From an uncultured Poribacteria bacterium (GTDB lineage Bacteria; Poribacteria; WGA-4E; WGA-3G), in assembly GCA_958296135.2 (NCBI GenBank), contig CATQHZ020000001.1, positions 4,576,001-4,640,000 on the forward strand: a stretch of DNA of 64,000 bases, read 5' to 3'. This document shows, in pieces, positions 10,399 through 20,302 of this stretch. Each line of letters starts with the position of its first letter. The first letter of the stretch is position 1. A program made the position numbers and the translations under genes. The notes beneath the pieces are model-generated. The model was not told the origin of the DNA. It saw only the letters and a program-made list of their open reading frames with translations, and searched no databases.

Positions 10399-11466
10399 TT
10401 AATGAAGGTGTTCATAAAAGAAATTGCGGCGTTTGGGAACATATCCCAACTCCGAGATAGTCCGTTCGATCTCCTCAATCGGCATACAGTAAACAGTGCC
10501 CGCCTTGCTGACAACGTTCTCCTCTATCATCGTGCCGCCCATGTCGTTGGCACCGAATTTGAGGGAGAGCTGCCCGATTTTAGGTCCCTGCGTCACCCAC
10601 GAAGACTGGAAGTTGTCAAAGTTATCGAGGAACAACCGGGAAATCGCCAAGGTTTTGAGGTATTCAAAACTGCCGGCAGGCGGAATGTGCGCAAGTCCCG
10701 TGTTGTACGGTTGGAGGGACCAGCAGATGAACGCCGTGAACCCGGCTGTCTCGTCCTGCAAATCGCGCAGGCGCATGAGGTGTTCAACGCGCTCGGCGTA
10801 AGTCTCGACATGCCCATACATCATAGTGGCACTAGACTTAAGCCCGACGAGATGCCCCTGGCGCATCACTTCCAGCCATTCGTCGGCGGTGCATTTTTTC
10901 GGGCTGATTTCGTCGCGTGCATGTTCGGTTAAAATTTCGGCACCGCCGCCGGGGATAGAATCGAGCCCAGCATCGCGGAGGCGGATAAGCACGTCGCGCA
11001 GCGGCATGCGGTTGATTTTCGCAAACCAGTCAAGCTCGGGCGGCGAAAAGCCGTGGATGTGGATGCGGTAATTCGCTTTAATCCAGCGGAGGAGCTCTTC
11101 ATACCAGTCCAACTTGAGTTTGGGGTGCAAGCCGCCCTGCATGAGAATCAGTTCCCCGCCCAGGTCAAGCGTCTCTTGGATTTTTTGCCCAAGCTCCTCA
11201 CGTTCCATGACATAAGCGTCCGGGTCGCGGCGGTGGCGGTAGAATGCGCAAAAATCGCAATCGACGTAGCACCAATTGGTGTAATTAATGTTCCGGTCAA
11301 CGATGTAGGTGACATAGCCTTCTGGATGCTTACGCTGGCGCGCCATATCGGCGGCGTGCCCCAAAGCGAGGAGCTCATAGCTTTTGAAAAGCGTCACGCC
11401 ATCGTCAAAATCCAAACGCTCACCTGACAGCGATTTTTCTAAGATAGGTTGAATAGTTGTATCCAT
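10399..11466 (-). CDS. mqnC: Cyclic dehypoxanthinyl futalosine synthase (radical SAM, CofH/MqnC family)
   Basis: DRNINYTNWCYVDCDFCAF CX3CX2C motif, SIPGGGAEIL, QSSWVTQG, EENVVSKAG; likely start MDTTIQ at 11466. Confidence 0.88.
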   Translation of the reverse strand: MDTTIQPILEKSLSGERLDFDDGVTLFKSYELLALGHAADMARQRKHPEGYVTYIVDRNINYTNWCYVDCDFCAFYRHRRDPDAYVMEREELGQKIQETLDLGGELILMQGGLHPKLKLDWYEELLRWIKANYRIHIHGFSPPELDWFAKINRMPLRDVLIRLRDAGLDSIPGGGAEILTEHARDEISPKKCTADEWLEVMRQGHLVGLKSSATMMYGHVETYAERVEHLMRLRDLQDETAGFTAFICWSLQPYNTGLAHIPPAGSFEYLKTLAISRLFLDNFDNFQSSWVTQGPKIGQLSLKFGANDMGGTMIEENVVSKAGTVYCMPIEEIERTISELGYVPKRRNFFYEHLH

Positions 11467-11560
11467 ACAGTACAGTTGTCCTTCGGGAAGACGGGCGAAA
11501 TTGCGCGTCGCGCGCGGTTCCGCCCGCACAAAAACGGCAGAATTATCAATGTTACTATAA

Positions 11561-11636
11561 ATTTTACCACTTTTCCGCGCGTTTGTCAATTTTTTTATCA
11601 TTTTAATTTGACATTCGGGAAAAAATAGGGTATAAT
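11561..11636. promoter_or_regulatory. Divergent sigma70 promoters for mqnC (-) and rpoZ (+)
   Basis: Minus strand TTGACA-17-TAAAAT (11589-11561); plus strand TTGACA-17-TATAAT (11608-11636). Confidence 0.75.
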
Positions 11637-11701
11637 TAAAGAGACTTCACCTGAGGTTTGTCTGAAAAACCTGCTAGCTAACTGAATTGGGAGGCACAAA
11701 A

Positions 11702-12052
11702 ATGGCAGCCGTTTATCACGAAGACTTGGAGAAGGAAAACGAAAATTACAACAAATACCGAGCGGTGAATCTTATCGCGCAGCGCGCTCGCGAGTTAAAC
11801 GCACAAGGGTTACCGAACATTTCCTCCGGTGCACGGCAGAAACTCGTTGTCGTCGCCACCCAAGAACTGGTCGCCGGGAAAATCGGATTTGAGAAAAGCG
11901 AGACGAAACCCCAGGATAGCGGGCTTTCCTCAATATTTGACGAACCACCCGAATCTCCGGACGACGATGATTGGCGCGAAGGTATCTTCAAAGAAGATTA
12001 CATCGCCAAGGAAGAAGAACCCGAAGAGGTTGAACCCGAAGAGGGGCTTTAG
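11702..12052 (+). CDS. rpoZ: RNA polymerase omega subunit with acidic C-terminal extension
   Basis: NKYRAVNLIAQRAREL...VVATQELVAGKI matches omega; GGAGG RBS. Confidence 0.75.
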   Translation: MAAVYHEDLEKENENYNKYRAVNLIAQRARELNAQGLPNISSGARQKLVVVATQELVAGKIGFEKSETKPQDSGLSSIFDEPPESPDDDDWREGIFKEDYIAKEEEPEEVEPEEGL

Positions 12053-12105
12053 CGGCACGGACGGATACCGGACATCGTGCCGATGCACTAGCATTCAATT
12101 TTTTC

Positions 12106-12134
12106 TTGACAAACGCAAAAAAAGTGGGTATAAT
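12106..12134 (+). promoter_or_regulatory. sigma70 promoter for tRNA cluster
   Basis: TTGACA-17-TATAAT. Confidence 0.85.
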
Positions 12135-12183
12135 TACGTATAGAGACTTTCTCATTCGGTTTTATGGGACATGTTTCGTCATC

Positions 12184-12255
12184 GCTGACGTGGCTCAATG
12201 GTAGAGCAAGTGATTTGTAATCACTAGGTTGGAGGTTCGATTCCTCTCGTCAGCT
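12184..12255 (+). tRNA. tRNA-Thr(TGT)
   Basis: GCTGACG/CGTCAGC stem, anticodon loop TTTGTAA. Confidence 0.95.
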
Positions 12256-12294
12256 TCTTCACGTGACATGCCTACCTCGCTATCTTTCTTATAT

Positions 12295-12376
12295 GGGGGC
12301 GTGCTTGAGTGGTCAAAAAGGGCAGACTGTAAATCTGTTGGCAATGCCTACGGTGGTTCAAATCCATCCGCCCCCA
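12295..12376 (+). tRNA. tRNA-Tyr(GTA)
   Basis: GGGGGCG/CGCCCCC stem, loop CTGTAAA, long variable arm. Confidence 0.95.
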
Positions 12377-12401
12377 TCCATTTTTAGCAAACGCATTTTG
12401 C

Positions 12402-12474
12402 GCGGGAGTAGCTCAGCTGGTAGAGCATTGGCCTTCCAAGCCATGTGTCGCGGGTTCAAATCCCGTCTCCCGCT
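12402..12474 (+). tRNA. tRNA-Gly(TCC)
   Basis: GCGGGAG/CTCCCGC stem, loop CTTCCAA. Confidence 0.95.
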
Positions 12475-12493
12475 CATTGACGTTTTCATGTTT

Positions 12494-12569
<76 letters not shown>

Positions 12570-12623
12570 TTATCCTGTGCGTCGCGCGAGGCGGCGCGCA
12601 ACTCGCTCCGATAGGGTACCGAT

Positions 12624-12776
12624 ATGCCTCGAGATATTGTGACATTAGCCTGCGACGTATGCAGTCAGCGGAATTACGTAACAACCCGGAACCGCCGGAC
12701 GCATCCCTCCCGGTACGAGCGGAAGAAATTCTGCCGCTTCTGCCGGAAGCATACACAGCATAAGGAGACGCGCTAA
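12624..12776 (+). CDS. rpmG: 50S ribosomal protein L33 (Zn-ribbon form)
   Basis: Manual translation, below the ORF-track cutoff: [50 protein letters not shown]. Confidence 0.95.
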   Translation: MPRDIVTLACDVCSQRNYVTTRNRRTHPSRYERKKFCRFCRKHTQHKETR

Positions 12777-12808
12777 CGCGGCGCCGCTTGATATGAACAG
12801 CGTCTTGT

Positions 12809-12882
12809 AGGCCAGTAGCTCCAACGGCTAGAGCGTCGGTCTCCAAAACCGAATGTTGGGGGTTCGAATCCCTCCTGGCCTG
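12809..12882 (+). tRNA. tRNA-Trp(CCA)
   Basis: AGGCCAG/CTGGCCT stem, loop CTCCAAA. Confidence 0.95.
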
Positions 12883-12994
12883 CTTTTTCTTATGCGGGCG
12901 GATAGGTGAACATTCGCCCGCTTACACAACAAAAACGGGTGCTAATACTAAATGAGATTGATGCGTCTCGCCTCAATCACAACCGTCCCGCAGC

Positions 12995-13030
12995 GATGTC
13001 CACTGAGTGATGTCCACTGAGTGATGTCCA
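12995..13030. repeat. 14-bp tandem repeat GATGTCCACTGAGT x2.6
   Basis: Direct reading. Confidence 0.85.
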
Positions 13031-13079
13031 ACAATAGCGATAGCGGTTCATTTGGTATAACCCGCGCTAACAAGAACGA

Positions 13080-13475
13080 ATGCTTATGATAGCTCGCATC
13101 AAAAATTATCTGCACGGAATTAATTTGGAATGGCAAAAGGTGTCCAAACCTGACGCGAAAGAGGTGCAGGCTAGCACCATCACCGTCATCGTGGGCTGCG
13201 CCTTGTTGGGCCTTTTCATTTTTTTAGTTGATGGGAACGCTGGGACTCCCGCTTGGAGCAGTCCGATTTTTCTCCTTTTGCTGGTAGTCCTCCCGGTCGC
13301 TGTCTTTTCTGTCGCGCGAACGTGGGAGACTCGCAGGACGCTTGCAACCGTTGTCGCCTGTGCCCCTTTAGTCTTTGTGCTCGTGAGCCAGTTCGCCCTC
13401 AGTCTAGAGGCGCCGTTTGGCAGCGGGTTCGGGTTAGCATTCCTCAGGGCACTCTTTATCCGGTCGGTTGAATAA
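13080..13475 (+). CDS. secE: Preprotein translocase subunit SecE with extra C-terminal TM segments
   Basis: YLHGINLEWQKVSKPDAKEVQASTITVIV matches the E..KV.WP...E...T motif; lies between tRNA-Trp and nusG. Confidence 0.85.
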   Translation: MLMIARIKNYLHGINLEWQKVSKPDAKEVQASTITVIVGCALLGLFIFLVDGNAGTPAWSSPIFLLLLVVLPVAVFSVARTWETRRTLATVVACAPLVFVLVSQFALSLEAPFGSGFGLAFLRALFIRSVE

Positions 13476-13520
13476 AAGGTGGATATAGAACCGCCCGACA
13501 CTGTTTTAAGGTAACCGGAG

Positions 13521-14084
13521 ATGGATGGATACTGGTACGTTGTTCAGGTTTACACCGGACATGAAAATAGGGTGAAACTCAACCTTGAAAACATGGTTGC
13601 GAGGGAAAACATCCAGAACGAAATCTTGCAAGTGAAAGTCCCTCTCACCGAAGTTGTCGAAGTGAAAGACAGCAAGCGCAAGGTGAGTTCGCGGCCGTCC
13701 TACCCGGGTTACGTCCTCGTCAACACACTGCATGAACTGGGGCTGTACGTTGAACCGCAGATCGGGCAGAAAAGTTGGGAGCTCATTAAAGGGACTACGG
13801 GGGTAATGGGGTTATTGGGCCCCACCGAAAGCCCGAGTGCCTTAGAGGCAGAAGAAATTGAACGGATGTTGAGCCTGTCAACGCTGGAAGAGGAACAGCC
13901 CCCGGTCCCTGCCATCGAATACGAGATTGGCGATGAAGTGCAGGTGGTTGACGGGCCCTTCAGTGGATTCCCTGCCGAAATTCAGGGCATCGACACGGAA
14001 CGCCAGCGGTTAAATCTCAGCATTACCATCTTCGGCCGCGCAACACCGGTTGAACTCGGCTTCCTCGAAGTCGAAAAGTTGTAG
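13521..14084 (+). CDS. nusG: Transcription termination/antitermination factor NusG
   Basis: WYVVQVYTGHE, YPGYVLV, KOW domain GDEVQVVDGPF, IFGRATPVEL. Confidence 0.97.
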   Translation: MDGYWYVVQVYTGHENRVKLNLENMVARENIQNEILQVKVPLTEVVEVKDSKRKVSSRPSYPGYVLVNTLHELGLYVEPQIGQKSWELIKGTTGVMGLLGPTESPSALEAEEIERMLSLSTLEEEQPPVPAIEYEIGDEVQVVDGPFSGFPAEIQGIDTERQRLNLSITIFGRATPVELGFLEVEKL

Positions 14085-14119
14085 CAGGACGACCGGGGCA
14101 GTAAAGGAGAAGTGAACGT

Positions 14120-14542
14120 ATGGCAAAAAAAATAACAGGCGAAGTGAAACTCCAGTTAGTCTCCGGGCAGGCAACACCGCAGCCACCTGTCGGGCCCAGC
14201 CTCGCGCCCTATATGATTAACCTCCAGGAGTTCATCAAATCCTTTAACGCGCAGACACAGCACCAAACAGGGCTGGTGGTGACAACCCTCATCACCTGTT
14301 ACAGCGACCGGTCATTTACGTTTAGCGTGAAATCGCCGCCCGCGGCCATTCTGCTGAAAGCCGCGGCGAAAATCGCCAAAGGTTCCGGCGAACCGAACCG
14401 GACGAAGGTCGCGACTGTCACGACAGACCAGGTTCGCGAGATTGCGCAGACCAAATTGCCGGATTTAAACACGACAGATTTAGAAGCTGCAACGCGGATG
14501 GTAGAAGGCACCGCTCGCAGTATGGGGCTGACGATTAACTAA
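14120..14542 (+). CDS. rplK: 50S ribosomal protein L11
   Basis: [18 protein letters not shown]. Confidence 0.97.
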   Translation: MAKKITGEVKLQLVSGQATPQPPVGPSLAPYMINLQEFIKSFNAQTQHQTGLVVTTLITCYSDRSFTFSVKSPPAAILLKAAAKIAKGSGEPNRTKVATVTTDQVREIAQTKLPDLNTTDLEAATRMVEGTARSMGLTIN

Positions 14543-14571
14543 CCGATGACAGGAGGCACCGCGCAAAGGAA

Positions 14572-15270
14572 ATGGGAAAAAAAGGGAAGCGATACCGCGG
14601 CATCAAAGAGCAGATAGACAGACTTCAACTTTACACCGTCGATGAAGCTATCTCGCTCGTCAAAAAAACGAGTGCCGTGAAGTTCGATGAGACTGTCGAC
14701 TTAGCATCGCGCCTCGGCGTAGATGCCCGGAAAGCCGAAGAGAACATCCGCGGCACTGTCTCACTGCCGCACGGCACCGGTAAATCGGTCCGCGTCGTTG
14801 TCTTCGCTCAAGGCGATAAGGCACGCGAGGCAGAAAAAGCAGGCGCGGATTTCGTCGGCACAGATGAATTGGTTGATAAAATTGTAGAGGGCTGGCTCGA
14901 CTTTGATGCCACCATCGCCACACCGGATTTGATGCGCAGCGTCATGCCGAAACTCGGCAGAATTCTCGGACCGCGGGGGTTAATGCCTAACGCAAAAGCC
15001 GGGACAGTCACCATGGATGTCACCGAGACACTCCAAAACATCAAAGCCGGACAGATTGAATATCGGGTGGAACGTTCCTCCGGCATCGTTCACGTCCCGA
15101 TTGGCAAAGTCTCGTTTGACGATGAACGGATTAAGGAGAACCTCCACGCTGTGATGAGTGCCCTCGTCGGCGCGCGGCCGTCCTCTGTGAAGGGACGGTA
15201 TCTCCGGAGCGTTGCTATCTCATCAACAATGGGGGTCGGTGTGCGCATCGATCCGCAGCAATTTACATAA
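14572..15270 (+). CDS. rplA: 50S ribosomal protein L1
   Basis: [29 protein letters not shown]. Confidence 0.97.
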   Translation: MGKKGKRYRGIKEQIDRLQLYTVDEAISLVKKTSAVKFDETVDLASRLGVDARKAEENIRGTVSLPHGTGKSVRVVVFAQGDKAREAEKAGADFVGTDELVDKIVEGWLDFDATIATPDLMRSVMPKLGRILGPRGLMPNAKAGTVTMDVTETLQNIKAGQIEYRVERSSGIVHVPIGKVSFDDERIKENLHAVMSALVGARPSSVKGRYLRSVAISSTMGVGVRIDPQQFT

Positions 15271-15303
15271 GCGCGCATCGATCCGCAGCAATTTACATAA
15301 GCG
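15243..15303. repeat. 30-bp perfect tandem duplication spanning the rplA stop codon
   Basis: GCGCATCGATCCGCAGCAATTTACATAAGC x2. Confidence 0.9.
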
Positions 15304-15374
15304 TTAGGACAAACGCAGACGCAACGCCGTAGAGAAGGCTCGCATTTGCGTCAGTCCTGAGCGTGATAGAACAG

Positions 15375-15516
15375 AGTCGTAGAACGTAGGTGCCGCTGGC
15401 TTAATATCCTACCGAGGCTTGAAGGAGATGGAAACCGCCGCGCGTGTGCCCCGCAGCGCGCCTAGCGTGAGTTCATCTCACTTGATGTAAGCCTCCAAAC
15501 CGTTGGAGGCTTTTTG
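15375..15516 (+). promoter_or_regulatory. Ribosomal protein L10 leader (autogenous control)
   Basis: AGAACGTAGG...TTAATATCCTACCGAGG core upstream of rplJ, then hairpin GCCTCCAA..TTGGAGGC followed by a T-tract. Confidence 0.7.
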
Positions 15517-15596
15517 TTTACAAGAATTCGGGGAGATGTATCTATCCCGGTAGGAGCGATTCCAGATCGCGATACGGAAAACGAAGGAGCTGACAC

Positions 15597-16163
15597 ATGC
15601 CGAACCAGGCGAACGTTCAGCAAGCAGAACACATTCGCGAAATCTTTGAAAACTCCGATGTGATTCTGCTCACAGATTTTCAAGGACTGACCGTGGCAGA
15701 GACGAACGAACTGCGGCGCAACTTAAATGCCGCCCAGGTCCAGTATAAAGTCTGTAAAAACACGTTAATCAACGTCGTTGCGCAAGAGAGAGGCATTGAC
15801 GGGTTAGCACCTTATCTAAAAGGCAACACAGCACTCGCAACGAGCAATGACCCGGCCGCATCGGCAAAGGCACTTCTCGCTTTTTGCGCCGAACACGAAA
15901 ATCTCACGATTAAGGGCGGTATCCTCGGAACCCGGGTTATCGACGCAGCAGGCGTTGAAGCCCTCAAGGATATGCCCTCACGCGACGTGATGATTGCGCG
16001 GGCAATCGGGTGCATAGGTGCCCCCCTCACCGGCCTCACCCAGGTCTTGAGCCAAGGTTCACCTGTCAAGAGCATGGTGAATGTCCTCAGTGGAACGATA
16101 CGCCAAGTGACCTCGGTGTTAACCCAGGTCGCCGAGCAAAAGAGAGAGGCTGAAAACGCCTAA
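15597..16163 (+). CDS. rplJ: 50S ribosomal protein L10 (elongated C-terminal helix)
   Basis: DFQGLTV..LRR, VCKNTL, IKGG, MPSRD. Confidence 0.95.
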   Translation: MPNQANVQQAEHIREIFENSDVILLTDFQGLTVAETNELRRNLNAAQVQYKVCKNTLINVVAQERGIDGLAPYLKGNTALATSNDPAASAKALLAFCAEHENLTIKGGILGTRVIDAAGVEALKDMPSRDVMIARAIGCIGAPLTGLTQVLSQGSPVKSMVNVLSGTIRQVTSVLTQVAEQKREAENA

Positions 16164-16172
16164 TTTTTCATC

Positions 16173-16260
16173 AAGACTCACGCAAACTTCTAGGATGCCC
16201 ATCCGGTAGCCGCGCGGCGAAAGCACGCTTATGGGTGGGGTTGTTCCGCGTAAGTCCTAT
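16173..16260. repeat. Short MITE-like element with GACTYACGC...GCGTAAGTCC inverted ends
   Basis: Related copy at 54110-54163 shares TTGTTCCGCGTAAGTCCTAT; half-copies near 8181 and 37861. Confidence 0.55.
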
Positions 16261-16279
16261 TCAAGAAAGGAGCCACATT

Positions 16280-16675
16280 ATGGCTGCAAATATCGAACAA
16301 CTGATTGAAGAGATCAGCAATATGACGGTGTTAGAGCTGTCAGAGCTGGTCAAAGCGTTAGAAGAGAAGTTCGGCGTGAGCGCGTCCGCTGCGCCGATGA
16401 TGGCGATGCCGGGGATGATGCCGGCCGCCGCCGCTGAAGAGGAAGCCGCCGAAGAGGAAGAGCAGACAGAATTTGATGTCCAACTCAAAGACTTCGGTTC
16501 CAAGAAGATTCCCGTTATCAAAGAGGTCCGCGCAATTACAGGGCTCGGCTTGAAGGAAGCGAAAGAGACAGTCGAATCCGCCCCGGTCGTCATCCAAGAG
16601 GGTGTCGGCAAAGAAGAAGCCGAGAAGACGAAGGCACAGCTGGAAGAACTCGGTGCTACCGTGGAGATACTCTAG
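16280..16675 (+). CDS. rplL: 50S ribosomal protein L7/L12
   Basis: [40 protein letters not shown]; AAGGAG RBS before ATG 16280. Confidence 0.97.
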   Translation: MAANIEQLIEEISNMTVLELSELVKALEEKFGVSASAAPMMAMPGMMPAAAAEEEAAEEEEQTEFDVQLKDFGSKKIPVIKEVRAITGLGLKEAKETVESAPVVIQEGVGKEEAEKTKAQLEELGATVEIL

Positions 16676-16774
16676 CGGCTCCAGCCTCGCGATTTCCAGG
16701 GCGTGCGCGCGGCCCCCGCGCGCACGCCATTCCTCTCCGGTAGAAGCGATACCCGCAGATAAGGCCGACATTCC

Positions 16775-17644
16775 ATGTTCAGCATTATTGACGTTTTCTA
16801 CCTCGTCTTTAGTCAACTCGCTGTCGGTGGCTTCGCGCTACTTCTCCTTGTCCCCAAAGGGTTGGTAGGCGCGAATTTTTATCGACTGATGGGCGGCATT
16901 TATCTGCTGGTTATCGGCTTCGCGCGATGCGCGATTCTCTCCATTAACAAGCAGCCAGTAACCCTCCGCCATTTTTTCACTCCATCGCAAGATATGGAGT
17001 CCCTCTTCACCCTGTTCTACTTTCTCAGCGTGCTCATCTGGACGCTGAGTTGGTGGTTCAAATTCCCGCACCTCACCCGCATCCTCTTCTTCGTGGGACT
17101 GCTCAGCGGATGCATGTGGCTCTTTTGGAGTCCACACCGCTACTTAGCCCTGATTCCCAGCGAGGCGGTTCTCATCGGCCAAAGCGGCACCGCCGGCTAC
17201 CTCCTCTTCAGCACGCAATTCGTATGCGCCGCCATGCTACTCGGCACCGTCAACAGCGGCATGTGGTTCGGACACTGGTATCTCGTCACGCCAGACTTGC
17301 CAATTCGCTATCTGAAGCGATTTAACAACGTCTTGCTGTTCTCACTGATTGGGACAACCTGTCTCTTTGGCATCGCGCTCCTTTTGCGATGGAAATCCAC
17401 CGACGTTGTCCCCTTTAATCTCTATTATCACCTGATTTTTAGCATGCGGCTCCTCATCGGGCTCGGCGGAACACTGTTCCTTTACTTCATCACCTGGGAT
17501 TGCCTGCGCGATAAATCGGTGGCAGTGGATGCTGTCGGCGCGACGCGCGCCGCCACAGGTTTCCTTTTCATCGCTATCCTCACCGTCTTTATCGGCGAAT
17601 GCTGTAGCCGATTGTTGCTGCTAGAAATGCGGTTTGTTCTTTGA
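16775..17644 (+). CDS. Uncharacterised polytopic membrane protein (GHWYL motif)
   Basis: ~8 TM segments; GMWFGHWYLVTP; ATRAATG. Confidence 0.7.
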   Translation: MFSIIDVFYLVFSQLAVGGFALLLLVPKGLVGANFYRLMGGIYLLVIGFARCAILSINKQPVTLRHFFTPSQDMESLFTLFYFLSVLIWTLSWWFKFPHLTRILFFVGLLSGCMWLFWSPHRYLALIPSEAVLIGQSGTAGYLLFSTQFVCAAMLLGTVNSGMWFGHWYLVTPDLPIRYLKRFNNVLLFSLIGTTCLFGIALLLRWKSTDVVPFNLYYHLIFSMRLLIGLGGTLFLYFITWDCLRDKSVAVDAVGATRAATGFLFIAILTVFIGECCSRLLLLEMRFVL

Positions 17645-17715
17645 ACAAGGCCGATGCAGAACCGACACCGTAGGCACTGCAGTTTTTTCGCGCAAGTCCG
17701 GTGAAAAAATGTTTC

Positions 17716-17744
17716 TTGCAAATTAAAATCAAATATGCTAGAAT
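17716..17744 (+). promoter_or_regulatory. sigma70 promoter for the dehydrogenase
   Basis: TTGCAA-17-TAGAAT. Confidence 0.6.
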
Positions 17745-17778
17745 AATTACAGCACAACGTAAAATCACGGAGGCACAA

Positions 17779-18849
17779 ATGAAATCGCAAATTTTCTATG
17801 AACCAGAAAACATGAGTCTGGAAGAACGGCCTGTTCCAGCAGCGAGTGACACCGATGTGCTCGTCCAGGTGCGTTCTGTCGGTATCTGTGGTTCGGATGT
17901 CGCCTACTACTTCGGCAATAGTTCCCTTGAAACCTCCGATGGAAAGGGACCGCTCATCCTCGGACACGAGTTTACCGGCGAAGTCATTGAAGTCGGCAAG
18001 GATGCCGCAACCAATGGCGGGTTTACAGTAGGCGACAGAGTTGTCGTCAACCCGGTCCAATCGAATCCACATTCGGCCTGGAGCAAGAAAGGGTTATCAA
18101 ATCTATGTCCCGAGAAGCGCGTGCTCGGTGTCGGCGTTGACGGCGGGTTCGCGGAATACGCCGTTTCCGATTATCGCTGGACGGTGAAACTCCCCGATAA
18201 CGTCACCTATGACCAGGGTGCACTCACCGAACCCCTCGCGTGTGGGTTATACGCCGTGAACAACCTCAACGCCGAAGCAGGCCAGACCGCGGTAGTGTTC
18301 GGCCCGGGCCCCATCGGGTTGATGATGGTGCAGGTGTTGAAAAGCCGCGGCTTGAAAAACGTCCTGCTCGTTGGAACGCGCGATTATCGGCTGGATGTCG
18401 GCAAAGCGCTCGGGGCAGACGTGGTTGTCAACGTCAGCGATACCGCTTCGCCCCACTACGTCGCGGACTTAGGTACCACCATTCAGGAGCTCAACGACGG
18501 TGAATTGGCAGACCGCGCCATTACCGCAACGAGCTCGCTGGATGCCATTCACACCGCCTTGGAAGTTACCGGACGACACGCGACCGTCGTCATTTTCGGG
18601 CTCCCCGGCGATAGCGATGTGATGCAGGTGCCCATCTTGGATACCATCCTCATGGACAAAACTATCCGCTTCTCATGGCTCGCGCCCGATACGTGGGAAG
18701 AGGCAGTCCAACTGATTGCCAGCGGCGATGTCAACATGGACAAAATCATCAGTCATGAGTTCCCATTGGAATCCCTCGTGGCGGGAATAACGAAGGTGCG
18801 TAACCGTGAAGACAGCTGCACCAAGGGATTGGTAAGAGTCTCCGCCTAA
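17779..18849 (+). CDS. Zn-dependent medium-chain dehydrogenase (sorbitol/threonine dehydrogenase-like)
   Basis: GICGSD, LGHEFTG, TEPLAC, GPGPIG; GGAGG RBS before ATG 17779. Confidence 0.9.
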   Translation: MKSQIFYEPENMSLEERPVPAASDTDVLVQVRSVGICGSDVAYYFGNSSLETSDGKGPLILGHEFTGEVIEVGKDAATNGGFTVGDRVVVNPVQSNPHSAWSKKGLSNLCPEKRVLGVGVDGGFAEYAVSDYRWTVKLPDNVTYDQGALTEPLACGLYAVNNLNAEAGQTAVVFGPGPIGLMMVQVLKSRGLKNVLLVGTRDYRLDVGKALGADVVVNVSDTASPHYVADLGTTIQELNDGELADRAITATSSLDAIHTALEVTGRHATVVIFGLPGDSDVMQVPILDTILMDKTIRFSWLAPDTWEEAVQLIASGDVNMDKIISHEFPLESLVAGITKVRNREDSCTKGLVRVSA

Positions 18850-18924
18850 TCCGCTACTGAAGTCCGTAGGGCGAGGGAAAACCTCTCCCTCGCCGTGCAT
18901 CGATTGCAAGGAAATTGAGAGCTC

Positions 18925-19959
18925 ATGTCTCACGTTAACGACAATTTGCAGACCGGCCAGGTGCTCTGCGGCGATAACCTAGAACTCATCCAGCAATTGC
19001 CCGATGGCTGCGTCCAATTGGTAATCACCTCACCGCCCTATTTTCAGCAGCGGGACTACGGCGGCGGAATGGGCAACGAGAAAAGCGTTGATGCATACCT
19101 CACTACGCTTTTGCACCTCTTCCGCGAATGCGTGCGCGTGCTGAAAGACGATGGCAGTCTCGTGTTTAACGTGGGGGACAAGTATCAGGAAAGCAACCTG
19201 CTCCTCGTCCCCTATCGCTTCGCGCTCGCCGCGACAGAGACAGGATTGGTGAAACTAGTCAACGAAATCACGTGGGTGAAAAGCAACCCGACACCACGGC
19301 AGTTTCGTCGTCGCCTCGTCAGTAGTACGGAGCCGTTCTTCCATTTCGCCAAGTCAGACGACTATTTCTATGAGCTCAACGGATTTTTGGCAGAAACGCA
19401 GCCGCCGAAGCCATCGCGCAAAAAGGTAGGAACGAAAGTAGGACAACGCTATTTTGCGCTCATCGCGCAATCCGATTTATCGGAAGCCGAGAAGACTGAT
19501 GCCCGGCGTGCCCTCACCGAAGTCATCCAAGAGGTGCAGTGCGGCAAAACGCACAGTTTCCGGATGAAGATTCGCGGGATTCACGCGGAACCGTTCGGTG
19601 GGCAAATCGGTGGACGCACCCTGCAGATGAAGAACAAAGGATTTACGATTATTCGGATGCACGGCAACAAAATCAAGCGCGATGTGATTGAAACACCGGT
19701 AGCCGCTGTCAAAGGGAACAAGCATCCCGCTATCTATCCGGTAGAAATTGTGGAGGAGTTTCTCCGCCTGCTCACGCCTGTCGGCGCGCTGGTGTTGGAT
19801 CCGTTTATGGGCTCAGGCTCAACAGCAGTCGCCTGCAAAAAACTCGGCAGACACTACATCGGCTATGACATTAATCCGGAATATTGCGAATACGCGCGAC
19901 AGCGGGTTGCAATGATTTCATCCGCACCACCGCGGCTCTTTGATGAATCATATCCGTGA
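18925..19959 (+). CDS. Site-specific DNA methyltransferase, beta class, probably N4-cytosine
   Basis: ITSPPY catalytic motif at the N-terminus; HPAIYP and VLDPFMGSGST SAM motif at the C-terminus. Confidence 0.9.
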   Translation: MSHVNDNLQTGQVLCGDNLELIQQLPDGCVQLVITSPPYFQQRDYGGGMGNEKSVDAYLTTLLHLFRECVRVLKDDGSLVFNVGDKYQESNLLLVPYRFALAATETGLVKLVNEITWVKSNPTPRQFRRRLVSSTEPFFHFAKSDDYFYELNGFLAETQPPKPSRKKVGTKVGQRYFALIAQSDLSEAEKTDARRALTEVIQEVQCGKTHSFRMKIRGIHAEPFGGQIGGRTLQMKNKGFTIIRMHGNKIKRDVIETPVAAVKGNKHPAIYPVEIVEEFLRLLTPVGALVLDPFMGSGSTAVACKKLGRHYIGYDINPEYCEYARQRVAMISSAPPRLFDESYP

Positions 19960-19969
19960 GGAACGTGCC

Positions 19970-20302
19970 ATGGGCATCCCATTCTTCATCGTTTTTGTCC
20001 TATCAATCGTCTTTTTATCGCTGGGGATAACCGCGATAAGTGACTTCGTCTCTATCCAATGGCAGCAAGAGGCGACGAGTGAGACAACCGCTGTCATCCC
20101 TTACCTCAGCTTCCGGTCTGATTACTGGGCGATGACGCGATGCATCGCTGGGTTTGCCCTCTTCTTGACGAGTCTCTATTTCATGGGATTTTTTCTCTAT
20201 CTGGAAGAGCGCGAAAGCGGACGAATCATGAAAAATGTCAAAAGCTTCGTTAAACTCCGACAGTTTATCGAACGGCACCAAAAGGAGGAAACTCGTAAAT
20301 GA
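19970..20302 (+). CDS. Small two-TM hypothetical protein
   Basis: Two hydrophobic helices; stop overlaps the next start (ATGA). Confidence 0.6.
   Translation: MGIPFFIVFVLSIVFLSLGITAISDFVSIQWQQEATSETTAVIPYLSFRSDYWAMTRCIAGFALFLTSLYFMGFFLYLEERESGRIMKNVKSFVKLRQFIERHQKEETRK

Noticed and set aside
11467-11601. N-terminal extension of mqnC
   Set aside because: It runs through the gene's own promoter region.
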